Assembly: GCA_963668695.2 (NCBI GenBank)
Contig: CAXXLQ010000004.1
Coordinates: 416,001-480,000, forward strand
Length of the DNA: 64,000 nucleotides
Direction of reading: 5' to 3'
Source of the DNA: Vicinamibacteria bacterium
Lineage (GTDB): Bacteria; Acidobacteriota; Vicinamibacteria; Marinacidobacterales; Marinacidobacteraceae
The position numbers and the translations under genes were made by a program. Below are positions 9,550-18,687 of this stretch, piece after piece (the first letter of the stretch is position 1; the number at the start of each line of letters is the position of its first letter). The notes beneath the pieces are model-generated. The model did no database searches and was not told the DNA's origin. It was given only the letters and a program-made list of their open reading frames with translations.

Positions 9550-9852
9550 ATGGATAGAACGTCCCTCTCCGTTCGGAAGCTCCATGAGTTCTTCGAGAGC
9601 CAGCTTCGAGTGGAGTTCGCCGAACAGCACCACCGCGAGTTCGTGCTGCTGTTCCATAACGACGTATCGCAAGCGCTCGATCACGCCGAGTTGGCAGATC
9701 GCCTACGGCAGACTGCCCTCTTTTTCGAGAGCATGGAGGCCGCGGTGGACCGGGCATACGAAATAGAACTGGAGCCCGGCTACTTCCTGGTTGCCGAGTG
9801 CATTCGCCCTGAGGAACGGGAGCCCGCTGTCTTCCATTCGAGAGTGGCGTAG
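9550..9852 (+). CDS. hypothetical protein (100 aa)
   Basis: GGAGG RBS, ATG start, protein-like composition. Confidence 0.6.
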   Translation: MDRTSLSVRKLHEFFESQLRVEFAEQHHREFVLLFHNDVSQALDHAELADRLRQTALFFESMEAAVDRAYEIELEPGYFLVAECIRPEEREPAVFHSRVA

Positions 9853-10008
9853 ATTCCGGGGCCGATGATGAGCGGCCGGATCGCCCCGAACACCCCGAAA
9901 CAGGCATACCGCACCCGTCGGGAGGACCCATCGGACTCGGGTCCCGGCGCTGGTTAGCGAACCGGGCTCGCTCCGCGCCGCGGTTGCTGCCGGAGCGGCG
10001 AATCATTA

Positions 10009-10046
10009 TTGTTGAATATCCATCTACTCCAATGGATATTCAACAA
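10009..10046. promoter_or_regulatory. perfect 14-bp inverted repeat, putative operator overlapping a start codon
   Basis: TTGTTGAATATCCA-N10-TGGATATTCAACAA; ATG at 10032. Confidence 0.6.
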
Positions 10047-11213
10047 CATACCGATCGCCCGGAACTGCGCCAAACCATCCTCCAGGGTCTCTCCGAGGCC
10101 CCCGTGGTCGCTCTGCTCGGAGCGCGGCAGGTCGGCAAGACAACCCTCGCCCGACAGATCGCCTCGGATTGGCCGGGCCCCTCGACCATCCTCGATCTCG
10201 AACGCCCCACCGTGCGCGAAGCCCTTTCCCGCACTCCGGAGCGAATGCTGAGCGGCCGGGAAGGTCTCGTCGTCCTCGACGAAATCCAGCGGTTGCCCGA
10301 GCTGTTCGAGACGCTCCGGCCGATCTCCGACGACCCGGATCGCAAGGCCGTCTTTCTTCTCCTCGGCAGCGCCTCCTGGGATCTGATCGCGGGGATCTCC
10401 GAGACTCTCGCCGGCCGCATCCTGTTCGTAGACGTGGCCGGCTTCTCGGTGTGGGAGGTGGGTACGGCCCACTTGGACCGCCTCTGGATGCGCGGCGGCT
10501 TCCCCCGCGCCTGGCTCGCTTCTTCGCCGGAAGCGTGGACGCGATGGATGCGCTCCTTCACCCGCACCTTCCTGGAACGCGACATTCCGGGGCTCGGCTC
10601 AAGGGTCGCCCCGGAAGCCCTCGGCCGTTTCTGGCGGATGCTCGCCCACTGGCACGGCCAGCTCTGGAACGCCAGCGAGCTGGCGCGGTCCATGGACGTG
10701 AGCCCCACCGCGGTGAACCACTACCGCGACCTGCTCGCCGGTTCCTTCATGATCCGGGTGCTGCCTCCCTGGTTCGAGAATCTGGGAAAGCGGCTCGTCA
10801 AGTCGCCGAGGGTGTTCCTGCGCGACAGCGGGGTCCTGCACTTCCTGCTGGGCCTTGAAGACCCGGATCAACTCCCCCTCCACCCACGCTACGGCGCCAG
10901 TTGGGAGGGATTCGCCCTCGAGCAAACACTCATCGCCCACGGCGGGCACGAGGCCTACTTCTACCGGACCCAGCGAGGGGCAGAACTGGACCTGCTGCTC
11001 CTGCGCGGCGGGAAGCGGTTCGGCTTCGAGTTCAAGTGCTCCGATGCCCCGAAGACCACGAAGTCCATGCACATCGTCATCGACGACCTGGGGCTCGAAC
11101 ACCTGTGGGTCGTCTATCCGGGCGAGTTGGAGTACCCGCTGGCCGACCGGATTACGGCCCTGCCCCTGAGTAAGGTACGAGGCTTGTCACTGTCGAGATC
11201 GGGCCGGTCATGA
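10032..11213 (+). CDS. AAA_14/DUF4143-type ATP-binding protein
   Basis: GARQVGKTT, VVLDEIQ, LLGSAS, RGGFP, KRLVKSPRVFLRDSG, C-terminal ELD...FEFK. Confidence 0.88.
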   Translation: MDIQQHTDRPELRQTILQGLSEAPVVALLGARQVGKTTLARQIASDWPGPSTILDLERPTVREALSRTPERMLSGREGLVVLDEIQRLPELFETLRPISDDPDRKAVFLLLGSASWDLIAGISETLAGRILFVDVAGFSVWEVGTAHLDRLWMRGGFPRAWLASSPEAWTRWMRSFTRTFLERDIPGLGSRVAPEALGRFWRMLAHWHGQLWNASELARSMDVSPTAVNHYRDLLAGSFMIRVLPPWFENLGKRLVKSPRVFLRDSGVLHFLLGLEDPDQLPLHPRYGASWEGFALEQTLIAHGGHEAYFYRTQRGAELDLLLLRGGKRFGFEFKCSDAPKTTKSMHIVIDDLGLEHLWVVYPGELEYPLADRITALPLSKVRGLSLSRSGRS

Positions 11214-12136
11214 ACCGAGAGGAATTCCTCACGGCGCTGGACAGCCTCAACGTGTGGAAGCGCGGGGGCGTGCGAGCACCGCACAAACCGCTCCTGCTCC
11301 TCCTGGCGCTCGGCCGGCTCTCGCAGGATGAGAAGCGGCTCGTTCGCTACGAAGACGTGGAAGCCCGGCTACGGCAACTGCTTGAACGGTTCGGACCTCC
11401 GCGCCAGGTCACCCACCCTGAGTTCCCCTTCTGGCACCTGCAGACGGACGGAATCTGGGAGATCCCGGATAGGGACAGCCTCCCGAAGAAGAAGGGAGGT
11501 AGGTCCGTTTCTGCCGCCACGCTGCGCAGGCTGGGAGTCCAGGGCGGACTTCCGACCGGATTGGATCAACTCCTGCGGACGGACCCGGAACTCATCGAGA
11601 CAGCAGCGGTCACGCTGCTGAACGGTCACTTCCCCGAGTCCTTCCACACGCCTATCCGGGATGCCGTCGGGCTCGCGGATCCGATGGCGCTCGAGACCCC
11701 AACCGAGTACGGAACCACGCGGCGCCGCAGGCGCGACCCGAACTTCCGGCGGGCCGTAATGACCGCCTACGAACGCCGCTGCGCGGTCTGCGACTTCGAT
11801 GTCCGGCTCGACGACGACCTGCTGGGACTCGACGCCGCTCACATCAAGTGGCACGCCGCCGGCGGGCCGGACATGGTTCCCAACGGGCTTGCCCTCTGCA
11901 AGCTCCACCACCACGCGCTCGATCGGGGCGCGATTGGCCTCGCTGCAGTCAGCGGCCGCGAGCTAAGACTCTTGATCTCCCAGGAACTCAGCGGAACGAG
12001 CGAAGCCTTCCGCCAGTTGGTGGACGCTCGAGGCCGACCGGTGCGGAAGCCGCAGGAGCACGCGCAACTCCCGGATCCCGCGTTCGTGGACTGGCATCGC
12101 CGGGAGGTCTTCCGGGGAGAACCCCGGACTTCCTGA
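11210..12136 (+). CDS. HNH endonuclease with N-terminal SBD-like domain (putative modification-dependent restriction endonuclease)
   Basis: RAPHKPLLLL, PEFPFWHL, RDPNFRRAV..AY..RCAVC, AAHIKW, NGLALCKLHHHALDRG; ATGA overlap with the ATPase gene. Confidence 0.85.
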   Translation: MNREEFLTALDSLNVWKRGGVRAPHKPLLLLLALGRLSQDEKRLVRYEDVEARLRQLLERFGPPRQVTHPEFPFWHLQTDGIWEIPDRDSLPKKKGGRSVSAATLRRLGVQGGLPTGLDQLLRTDPELIETAAVTLLNGHFPESFHTPIRDAVGLADPMALETPTEYGTTRRRRRDPNFRRAVMTAYERRCAVCDFDVRLDDDLLGLDAAHIKWHAAGGPDMVPNGLALCKLHHHALDRGAIGLAAVSGRELRLLISQELSGTSEAFRQLVDARGRPVRKPQEHAQLPDPAFVDWHRREVFRGEPRTS

Positions 12137-12162
12137 CCGGACTTCCTGACCCGGCGCCCGCC

Positions 12163-13752
12163 TCACTCCTCCCGTTCGCCCTCCCGCACCGTCGGGTACT
12201 CGATCCCGAGCTGCTCCAGATACGTGTCGAAGCGCTCCGGGTCGTAGTAGAACGGCCGCATCGCCTCGCGGAAGGAGTCCATCTTCTCCTTGTTGAGATG
12301 GATCGCCGGCTGGTCGTCCGGGCCGATCAGCGGGGTGTACTCGTGCTCGGCGGTCTGCTCCGCGAAGTACTCCTTCGCGGCCGGGACGAGTTCCGGGTTC
12401 AGGAACAGGTCCATGAGGGTCATGGCGATCACCCGCGCGCCGGCGGCCGCGCCCTTGTGGGCGATGGGGGTCGCCATCGCCACCGCGTTCGCCCAGTGGT
12501 GGCCCGGACCGCCGGGGATGTTTGACGGGAAACGCATCGAGACCGTGGGAACCTTCCAGGAGATGTCCCCGATGTCATCGGAGAAGCCCCCGAGCCGGGG
12601 CTCGGGCGCCGGGCCGCCCATCTCGCCGAGTTCGGTAGCAAGGCCGCTCTCTTCGACTCCGAGCTCGCGCTGAAGGCCCCGGGCGAGCGCCTCGTCCGCC
12701 TCGCTCCACTCCGGGAGCCCCACCCGCTCGATGTTCGCCCAGATCGCTTCCGCCACCGGCTTGCTGAAGTGCCGCGGATAGGCGTGGCCCAGAATGCGCC
12801 ACGAAGCCTCGGTCGAGGTCATCGCCGCCGCCGCCGTCGCCATCGTGTTCCCGAGGTCGAAAAGCTCCTTCATGTGCGGCTGGTCGAGCTCCCGGAAGTA
12901 GTACCAGACCGACGCGAGCTGGGGCACCACGTTGGGTTGGTCCCCGCCGTTCGAGATCACGTAGTGGGAGCGGTGCGGCAGCCGCAGATGCTCGCGCTTG
13001 ACGTTCCAGGCCATGTTCATGATCTCCACCGCGTCGAGCGCGCTCCGGCCTCGCCACGGCGCCCCCGCCGAGTGCGCCGACTCGCCGCGGAAGGTGTACT
13101 CCACCGAGACCAGGCCGCTGCCTCTCCCCTGCCCCCAGCTCACCCCGAAGCCGGAGCCCACGTGGGTGAAGATGCAGATGTCCACATCGTCGAAGTGGCC
13201 CGCGCGGATGAACCAGGCCTTGGTGCCGAGCAGTTCCTCGGCTACCCCTGGCCAGATCACGATGGTGCCCCCAATCCCCTCGCGCTCCATGACCTCCTTG
13301 GCGGCCAGCGCACCGACGACGATCACCGCCTGCCCGGAGTTGTGGCCCTCCCCGTGGCCGGGGGCGCCCTCGACCAGCGGCTCGTGGTAGGCGACGCCCG
13401 GTTTCTGGGACGCCTTCGGGATGCCGTCGATGTCGCTGCCGAGCGCGATCACCGGAGAGCCGGATCCCCAGCGCGCCATCCAGGCCGTGGGAATCCCGGC
13501 GATCCCCTCCTCGATCTCGAAGCCGTTGTCGCGGAGGACCCCGGTGATGTAGCGGGAGGTCTCGACCTCCTGGAAGCCGAGTTCGCCGAAGCTGAAGATG
13601 GAGTCCACCATCACCTGGGCCAGCTTGGCGCGCTCGGCGGCGCCCTGGTCGGCGACCGGGCGGAGGGTTTCGAGGTCCTGGGCGGTAGCGGGGGCTATTG
13701 CTAACGCCAGCAAGAGGCCCGACAGGGCGGCGGTTCGTGTGAATGGCGGCAT
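12163..13752 (-). CDS. M20 amidohydrolase, aminobenzoyl-glutamate utilisation protein B-like, secreted
   Basis: ELGFQEVET, GSDIDG, GHGEGHN, GVAEE, SAHSAGAPWRGRSALDA, SDDIGD, HHWAN. Confidence 0.85.
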   Translation of the reverse strand: MPPFTRTAALSGLLLALAIAPATAQDLETLRPVADQGAAERAKLAQVMVDSIFSFGELGFQEVETSRYITGVLRDNGFEIEEGIAGIPTAWMARWGSGSPVIALGSDIDGIPKASQKPGVAYHEPLVEGAPGHGEGHNSGQAVIVVGALAAKEVMEREGIGGTIVIWPGVAEELLGTKAWFIRAGHFDDVDICIFTHVGSGFGVSWGQGRGSGLVSVEYTFRGESAHSAGAPWRGRSALDAVEIMNMAWNVKREHLRLPHRSHYVISNGGDQPNVVPQLASVWYYFRELDQPHMKELFDLGNTMATAAAAMTSTEASWRILGHAYPRHFSKPVAEAIWANIERVGLPEWSEADEALARGLQRELGVEESGLATELGEMGGPAPEPRLGGFSDDIGDISWKVPTVSMRFPSNIPGGPGHHWANAVAMATPIAHKGAAAGARVIAMTLMDLFLNPELVPAAKEYFAEQTAEHEYTPLIGPDDQPAIHLNKEKMDSFREAMRPFYYDPERFDTYLEQLGIEYPTVREGEREE

Positions 13753-13900
13753 GGAAAACCTCCCGTCTCGGGTGCAGCAAACCGATTCTACGGGGTGCGT
13801 CAACCGGACCCTCCGGGTCAGCACCAGTTTCGCTCTTCCGGAGGGAGCGATGCCGGGGCGGCGTTCCGAACCGTCGCGCCGGCCCAGCAGCGGGCGGCCG

Positions 13901-14650
13901 TCAGCCGCCGCTGCGAGCCTCGGCGATGAGTTGCCTGAGCCGCGCGCCGTCCACCGCGCCCGGCACCAGCGTGTTCCCGATCACGAAGGCCGGGGTCCCC
14001 GTGATGCCCAGCTCGCGGGCAAGACGCTGCGTCTCGCCCAGATAGGCAGCGATCTCCGGATCGGCCATGTCCTGCTGCAGGCGCTCAATGTCGAGTCCGA
14101 CCCGCTCCGCGATCACCATCACCGAGTCCTCGCTGAGGCGATCCCGCGCCCCCATGACCGCCTCGTGGAACGCCTGATACTTGCCCTGCTTGTGTGCCGC
14201 CATGGACGCGAGCGCGGCGAAACTCGAGACCGGCCCGAGCACCGGGAGATCCTTCCACACGATCCGCAGCCCCGGATCGCTCTTCAGCAGATCCATGACC
14301 GGCGCGAGCGAGCGCTTGCAGTGGCCGCACTGGTAGTCGAAGAACTCGACGAGCGTCACATCGCCCTCGGGGTTGCCGGAAACCGGCGACATCGGATGGC
14401 CGACCAGCGCCGCGCGGTTCTTCATCAGCGCGTCCCGCGCCCTCGCCGCCTTTGCGGCCTGGCGCTTCGCGTTGAGCGAGAGGATCGCCTCTTCGATGAC
14501 CTCCGGGTGCTCGAGCAGGTACTCCCGGACGATCTCCCGCACGGCCTCCTTGTCCGGGGGCGGCTGCGGCTCGGCCTGCGCCCTGGCATCGCTGGCCAGC
14601 GCGGCGCACGCCAGCGCCGCCAAGAGCGCGAGCGACATCGTGGATCTCAT
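13901..14650 (-). CDS. DsbA (Com1-like) thioredoxin-fold protein
   Basis: Signal peptide, EYLLEHPEVI, EFFDYQCGHCK, GITGTPAFVIG. Confidence 0.9.
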   Translation of the reverse strand: MRSTMSLALLAALACAALASDARAQAEPQPPPDKEAVREIVREYLLEHPEVIEEAILSLNAKRQAAKAARARDALMKNRAALVGHPMSPVSGNPEGDVTLVEFFDYQCGHCKRSLAPVMDLLKSDPGLRIVWKDLPVLGPVSSFAALASMAAHKQGKYQAFHEAVMGARDRLSEDSVMVIAERVGLDIERLQQDMADPEIAAYLGETQRLARELGITGTPAFVIGNTLVPGAVDGARLRQLIAEARSGG

Positions 14651-14837
14651 GCGGAGTCTCCCTTGAACAGGCCGGGCGTCGCCGTGGCGCCGCGTTCTAC
14701 GGACCTGACATCCCCCGATTCGGGGCAACGGGGGGAATTGTAGTTGCGCCTCCCGGTGTCCGGGCGGCGCGCCACGCCCGGCCTGGAGCTCCCCGTTCCC
14801 AGCCCACGCGCCACCGCGCGGGGCGGCAGTCCCGGCC

Positions 14838-15165
14838 CTACCCCAGCGCCTCGCGGGCGATTCTACGGGGGACACGCCATGCGGGCACGGGGCGTCAGAA
14901 CTGTCTCGCTCCCTTGCGGGGAGCAGTGCCGGCCCCCACCGGGAGAACTGGCCGGAGGTCGGCGTTCCAAGCCGTCTGCGCGCTTCTTGTTCGTCGGCGA
15001 TACGCGGTTCCGCCCGCTGCGCTGGCGGTGCCGGTCTGAATGAAGACCGGCGGTCCCGGTTCCCCTGATCCGCCGGCGCGTTCACGTTGGGCGCGATCCC
15101 CGCCGGCCCGGCAGGACTTCACCTCGGCGCCGGTGAGCGCGATGCCCGCCTCGAACTGCTCGAGG
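14838..15165 (-). pseudogene. smpB: fragmented second copy of smpB interrupted by REP-like repeats
   Basis: 15098-15165 matches 18422-18489 (65/68); 15060-15097 resembles 18322-18359; 14838-14859 encodes AREALG-stop, like the smpB end VREALG-stop. Confidence 0.8.
14926..15057. repeat. REP-like hairpin cluster carrying a 20-mer insertion
   Basis: GTGCCG[20-mer]CCGGAGGTCGGCGTTCC and TGCCGGTCTGAATGAAGACCGGCGGTCCC. Confidence 0.65.
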
Positions 15166-15166
15166 T

Positions 15167-17154
15167 TCAGTGGGACACGCCTTCGAGTTCCTCCAGATAC
15201 CCGACCCCCGGCAGCTCGGCGTCCTTTCCCAGAAGATAGAAGTCGAAGAACGCCTTCATGTCGGCGAGCATCTCCATCCTGTTCTCGAAGCCTCGGACGT
15301 AGAAGTTCTCGCCTGCGTAGGCCTTGTAGCGGGCGGGCTTGTAGAGGCGCTGCAGTTCCCGGAAGAATTCGGTCATCTGCGGTGAGCCCGGATAGCGTCC
15401 CTCGCCGTGGAGCACGAAGACGGGTACCCGGGCATCGGCGAGGTGATAGTAGGGGGAGTTCGCGAGGTAGCGATCCCTGTGCTCCTCGAGCCGCCCCATC
15501 TCCTTGCGCAGCTGCTGCAGGTGGCGGAATTCGCCGTCCTCGAAGAAGGTGACCCGGTCGCAGTAGCCGGACGCCGCGATCACGGCCTGGAAGGTCTCGC
15601 CGCCGAAGCTCACCGCCGCACACGACATGAACCCTCCGTAGCTGGTTCCGGTGGTTCCGATGCGCTCCGGGTCGACGTACGGGAGGGTTCGGAGGTACTC
15701 CGCGGCCGCCACCGCATCCGAAAGTCGCACTTGCCCCAGCAGCCGTCGTTGGCCTCCTCGAACGCGCGGCCATACCCGGAGCTTCCGCGCACGTTGGGCA
15801 GCAGTACCACGTAGCCACGCTGAACGAAGAACTGGACCTGAGGCTCGAAGCTGTCCTCCCATTGCGACGTGGGTCCGCCGTGGGTCCAGACGATCGCCGG
15901 ATAGCGGCGATCTTCGGCGCCCCGCCCGGCGCCGGGCCGGTAGAGATAGGAGGGGATCGCCGGGCCGTCTCCGCTGCGGAACGCCAACTTCCCGGGCATG
16001 ACCAGGCGATTCTCGATCGCCTCCATCGGCATCGAATCGGTCAGCCTGGAGGACTTCCCCGATGCGAGGGCACGGACAACCAGATCCCCGGGGCGAGTCG
16101 GCGTCTCGAGGGTGTAGGAGATGCGGCTGCCGTCCGGAGACCACTGAGGCGCTCCGATGATTCCGGACTCGGGAGCCGCTATGACGCGCGGCTCTCCGCC
16201 ACCCGACGGCGCAATTCGGAGCTGGTAGGTGCCCCCGTGGTTCTCGACGTACGCGAACCCGCCGCCGTCGGGGGACCAAGCACCTTCCGTCTGGTCGGCC
16301 TCGGCCGCCACCACCGGCCTGGGTTCTCCTCCCGACCGGGGCACGCCCCAGTAGTTGATCCACCCGGAGCGGTAGGACGGAAAGACCACCGTGGAGCCGT
16401 CCGGGGAGACCAGGGGATAGCCGAACGTGCCCCCCTCCCCGTAGTCGAAAAAGTCCTCGTCGCGCACGATGACCCGCTCTTCACCGCCGTCGACCGGGAC
16501 TTCCACAATCGTATGGTCCATCCATTCGCCATCGAGTCGGACGTACAGGACAGACTCGGAATCGGGGCTCCAAGCGGGATAGACCTCCAGTTCGGGTCCG
16601 TCGGTAAGCCGGCGAGCCTCCCCGGACGGGACCTCCACCGTCCACACGTCGTACTGCCCGTGACGATTGCCGGAGAACGCGATCCTGCGCCCGTCCGGCG
16701 ACCAGGAGTAGCCCTTGATCAGCCGCCCGCCGTTCCCGGTGATGCGGAATGCTTCGCCTCCCTGAACGGACCAGAGCCAGATCTCCGGCGTGCCGCTCCT
16801 GTCCGATACATAGGAGATCCATTGTCCGTCCGGCGACCACTGCGGCTCGGCCGACGCCAGAAAATGACCGCTGCCTCCCGTAGGCACCGGCAACTCGCTG
16901 ATCGCGCCACCTTCGGCACGGATTAGCCGCAGGTTCGAACCACCCAGGAGGATCCTGTCGCCTTCCGGGGCCCAGCGCGGCGTCTCGCCACCCACGGAAG
17001 AGGAGAGCGACAGGAGAGTCTCCACGGGAAGCGGTTCGGATGCGCTCTGGTCGGCAACCGGGCGGAGGGTTTCGAGATCCTGAGCGGCTGTGGGGGCGGC
17101 GAGGAGTGCGAGCGAGAGGGCTGAGAGTGCGCTGATTCTCGTGACTGAGAGCAT
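15167..17154 (-). pseudogene. S9 family peptidase with PD40/TolB-like propeller; frameshift near 15722 (real or assembly error)
   Basis: WSPDG repeats, HGGP, NVRGSSGYG in one frame and GTSYGG in the next; one base missing at GAC-TTT-CGGAT relative to the paralogue at 31933. Confidence 0.8.
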
Positions 17155-17250
17155 GGGGAACCTCCCGTTGACGGTACGGTGGCCGGCGATCGATTCTACG
17201 GGGGCTGCGCCGGTCCGAGACCGAACGAGCGGCCGGGCCTCGCGGCTGGC

Positions 17251-17754
17251 TCAGCGCCCTTTGCGCAAATTACGAATCCGCGCCCGGACCGACGCAGCCT
17301 CCGACCCGCCGGCCCGGGCAAGCATGCCGTCCACCGCCTCCCGGTATTGCGGAAAACGCAGCGCCAACTCTTTGTATCCGCTGTAGGCCCACGCCCTGAC
17401 GAACTTCTTGTCGCTCCTGACGCACGCATCCGGAAACTGCTCGAGACCAGGGCGGTCTTCGTCAGCAATGCTCAGATAGAGAAGGCACTGGAGGAGGTGC
17501 AGCTTGCTTTCCCAATCTTGCTGGACGGAGAGACTGCCCAGAATGGAACGGCACTCGCGAGCGGAGAGGGGATTTCCGAGTTCCAGGTGTCGCTTCAACA
17601 TCCAGGTTGCCGCCCGTTGGAGATTGGCATCAGCAACGAGCACCAGGGTTGTCGCAACAAAGTCGTCGTCAGCGCGATGGCGCAGATAGATGGACTGCAA
17701 TGCGGCCGTGGACTTGCCGTCCCAGACGCCGAGCTCCTCGGTTAGGTCCGTCAC
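17251..17754 (-). CDS. hypothetical helical protein
   Basis: Open frame with lower GC; likely GTG start (VTDLTEELGVWDGKS); KFVRAWAYSG. Confidence 0.6.
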   Translation of the reverse strand: MTDLTEELGVWDGKSTAALQSIYLRHRADDDFVATTLVLVADANLQRAATWMLKRHLELGNPLSARECRSILGSLSVQQDWESKLHLLQCLLYLSIADEDRPGLEQFPDACVRSDKKFVRAWAYSGYKELALRFPQYREAVDGMLARAGGSEAASVRARIRNLRKGR

Positions 17755-17859
17755 CTCGGGTTCGTTGGTTGCGCTCTCGTCCGGAGGGTACTTGGTCGGG
17801 GATCTCTGGCCGGAACGGTGGAGGCCGACTGTCACCCGCGCTTCTGCGCCCATAGCCAT

Positions 17860-17911
17860 CCGCGGTTGCGCCCGCTGCGCGGGCGGTGCCGGTGTGAACA
17901 CCGGCGGTCCC
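17860..17911. repeat. REP-like hairpin unit
   Basis: GCCCGCTGCGCGGGC followed by GGTGCCGGTGTGAACACCGGCGGTCCC. Confidence 0.6.
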
Positions 17912-17919
17912 TGACTTAA

Positions 17920-18098
17920 CAGCCTGTGGTGAAACCCAGGCGGCGTTCGAGCGGCGATGCATCCCGCCTGAACCGCGCCGCTTTGCGGCGCTCTGCGTTG
18001 CGTTTCGGTCGAAATACACTCGGTATTCCTCCCTCACGCGCCTTGTCAGCCGGGCGCCTCCCCGCTCTCGGCGCTCACCCGGGTTCCACCACAGGCTG
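17920..18098. mobile_element. MITE copy B (uninterrupted, 179 bp)
   Basis: TIRs as in copy A; perfect TTAA target duplication; inserted at the smpB TAA stop. Confidence 0.9.
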
Positions 18099-18611
18099 TT
18101 AACCCAGCGCCTCGCGGACCTCGCGGGCGGCTTCGCGCTGCTTGATGGTTTCGCGGCGGTCCCGGGTGCTCTTGCCCTTGGCGAGAGCGACCTGGACCTT
18201 GATCCAGCCGTTCCGGAGGTGGATGCGGAGCGGCACCAGGGTGAGCCCGGCCATCGTGAGCTTCCCGGCGATCCGCTGCATCTCGTCCTCGTGGAGCAGC
18301 AGCTTCCGGTTCCGTTCCGGATTCCCCTGCTCCGGGGGGGCGTGCACGTAGGGCGCGATGTGGCAGTTCACGAGGAAGAGTTCGCCGTTTCGCTCGCGGC
18401 CGTAGGCGTCCTTCAGGTTCGCCCCGCCGGACCGGCAGGACTTCACCTCGGCCCCGGTGAGCGCGACGCCCGCCTCGAACTGCTCGAGGATGACGAAGTT
18501 CCGCCGCGCTCTCCGGTTCTCCGCAAGCACCTGCTCGTTGCGAAAGCCTCCCGAACCGGCTCGAGCAGCGCGAAGCCGGCGTTTCTTCCTGGCGGTCTTC
18601 TTTCGGCTCAT
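18099..18611 (-). CDS. smpB: SsrA-binding protein
   Basis: NRRAR, FEAGVALTGAEVKS, RKLLLH, LTLVPL, ALAKGK. Confidence 0.95.
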   Translation of the reverse strand: MSRKKTARKKRRLRAARAGSGGFRNEQVLAENRRARRNFVILEQFEAGVALTGAEVKSCRSGGANLKDAYGRERNGELFLVNCHIAPYVHAPPEQGNPERNRKLLLHEDEMQRIAGKLTMAGLTLVPLRIHLRNGWIKVQVALAKGKSTRDRRETIKQREAAREVREALG

Positions 18612-18687
18612 GAAAACCAGTCTAGCGGTCAGGTGCCGAAAACAGCACGGGTCTACCCCTCACGTTTACCATGCGGGGACCCCGAAG

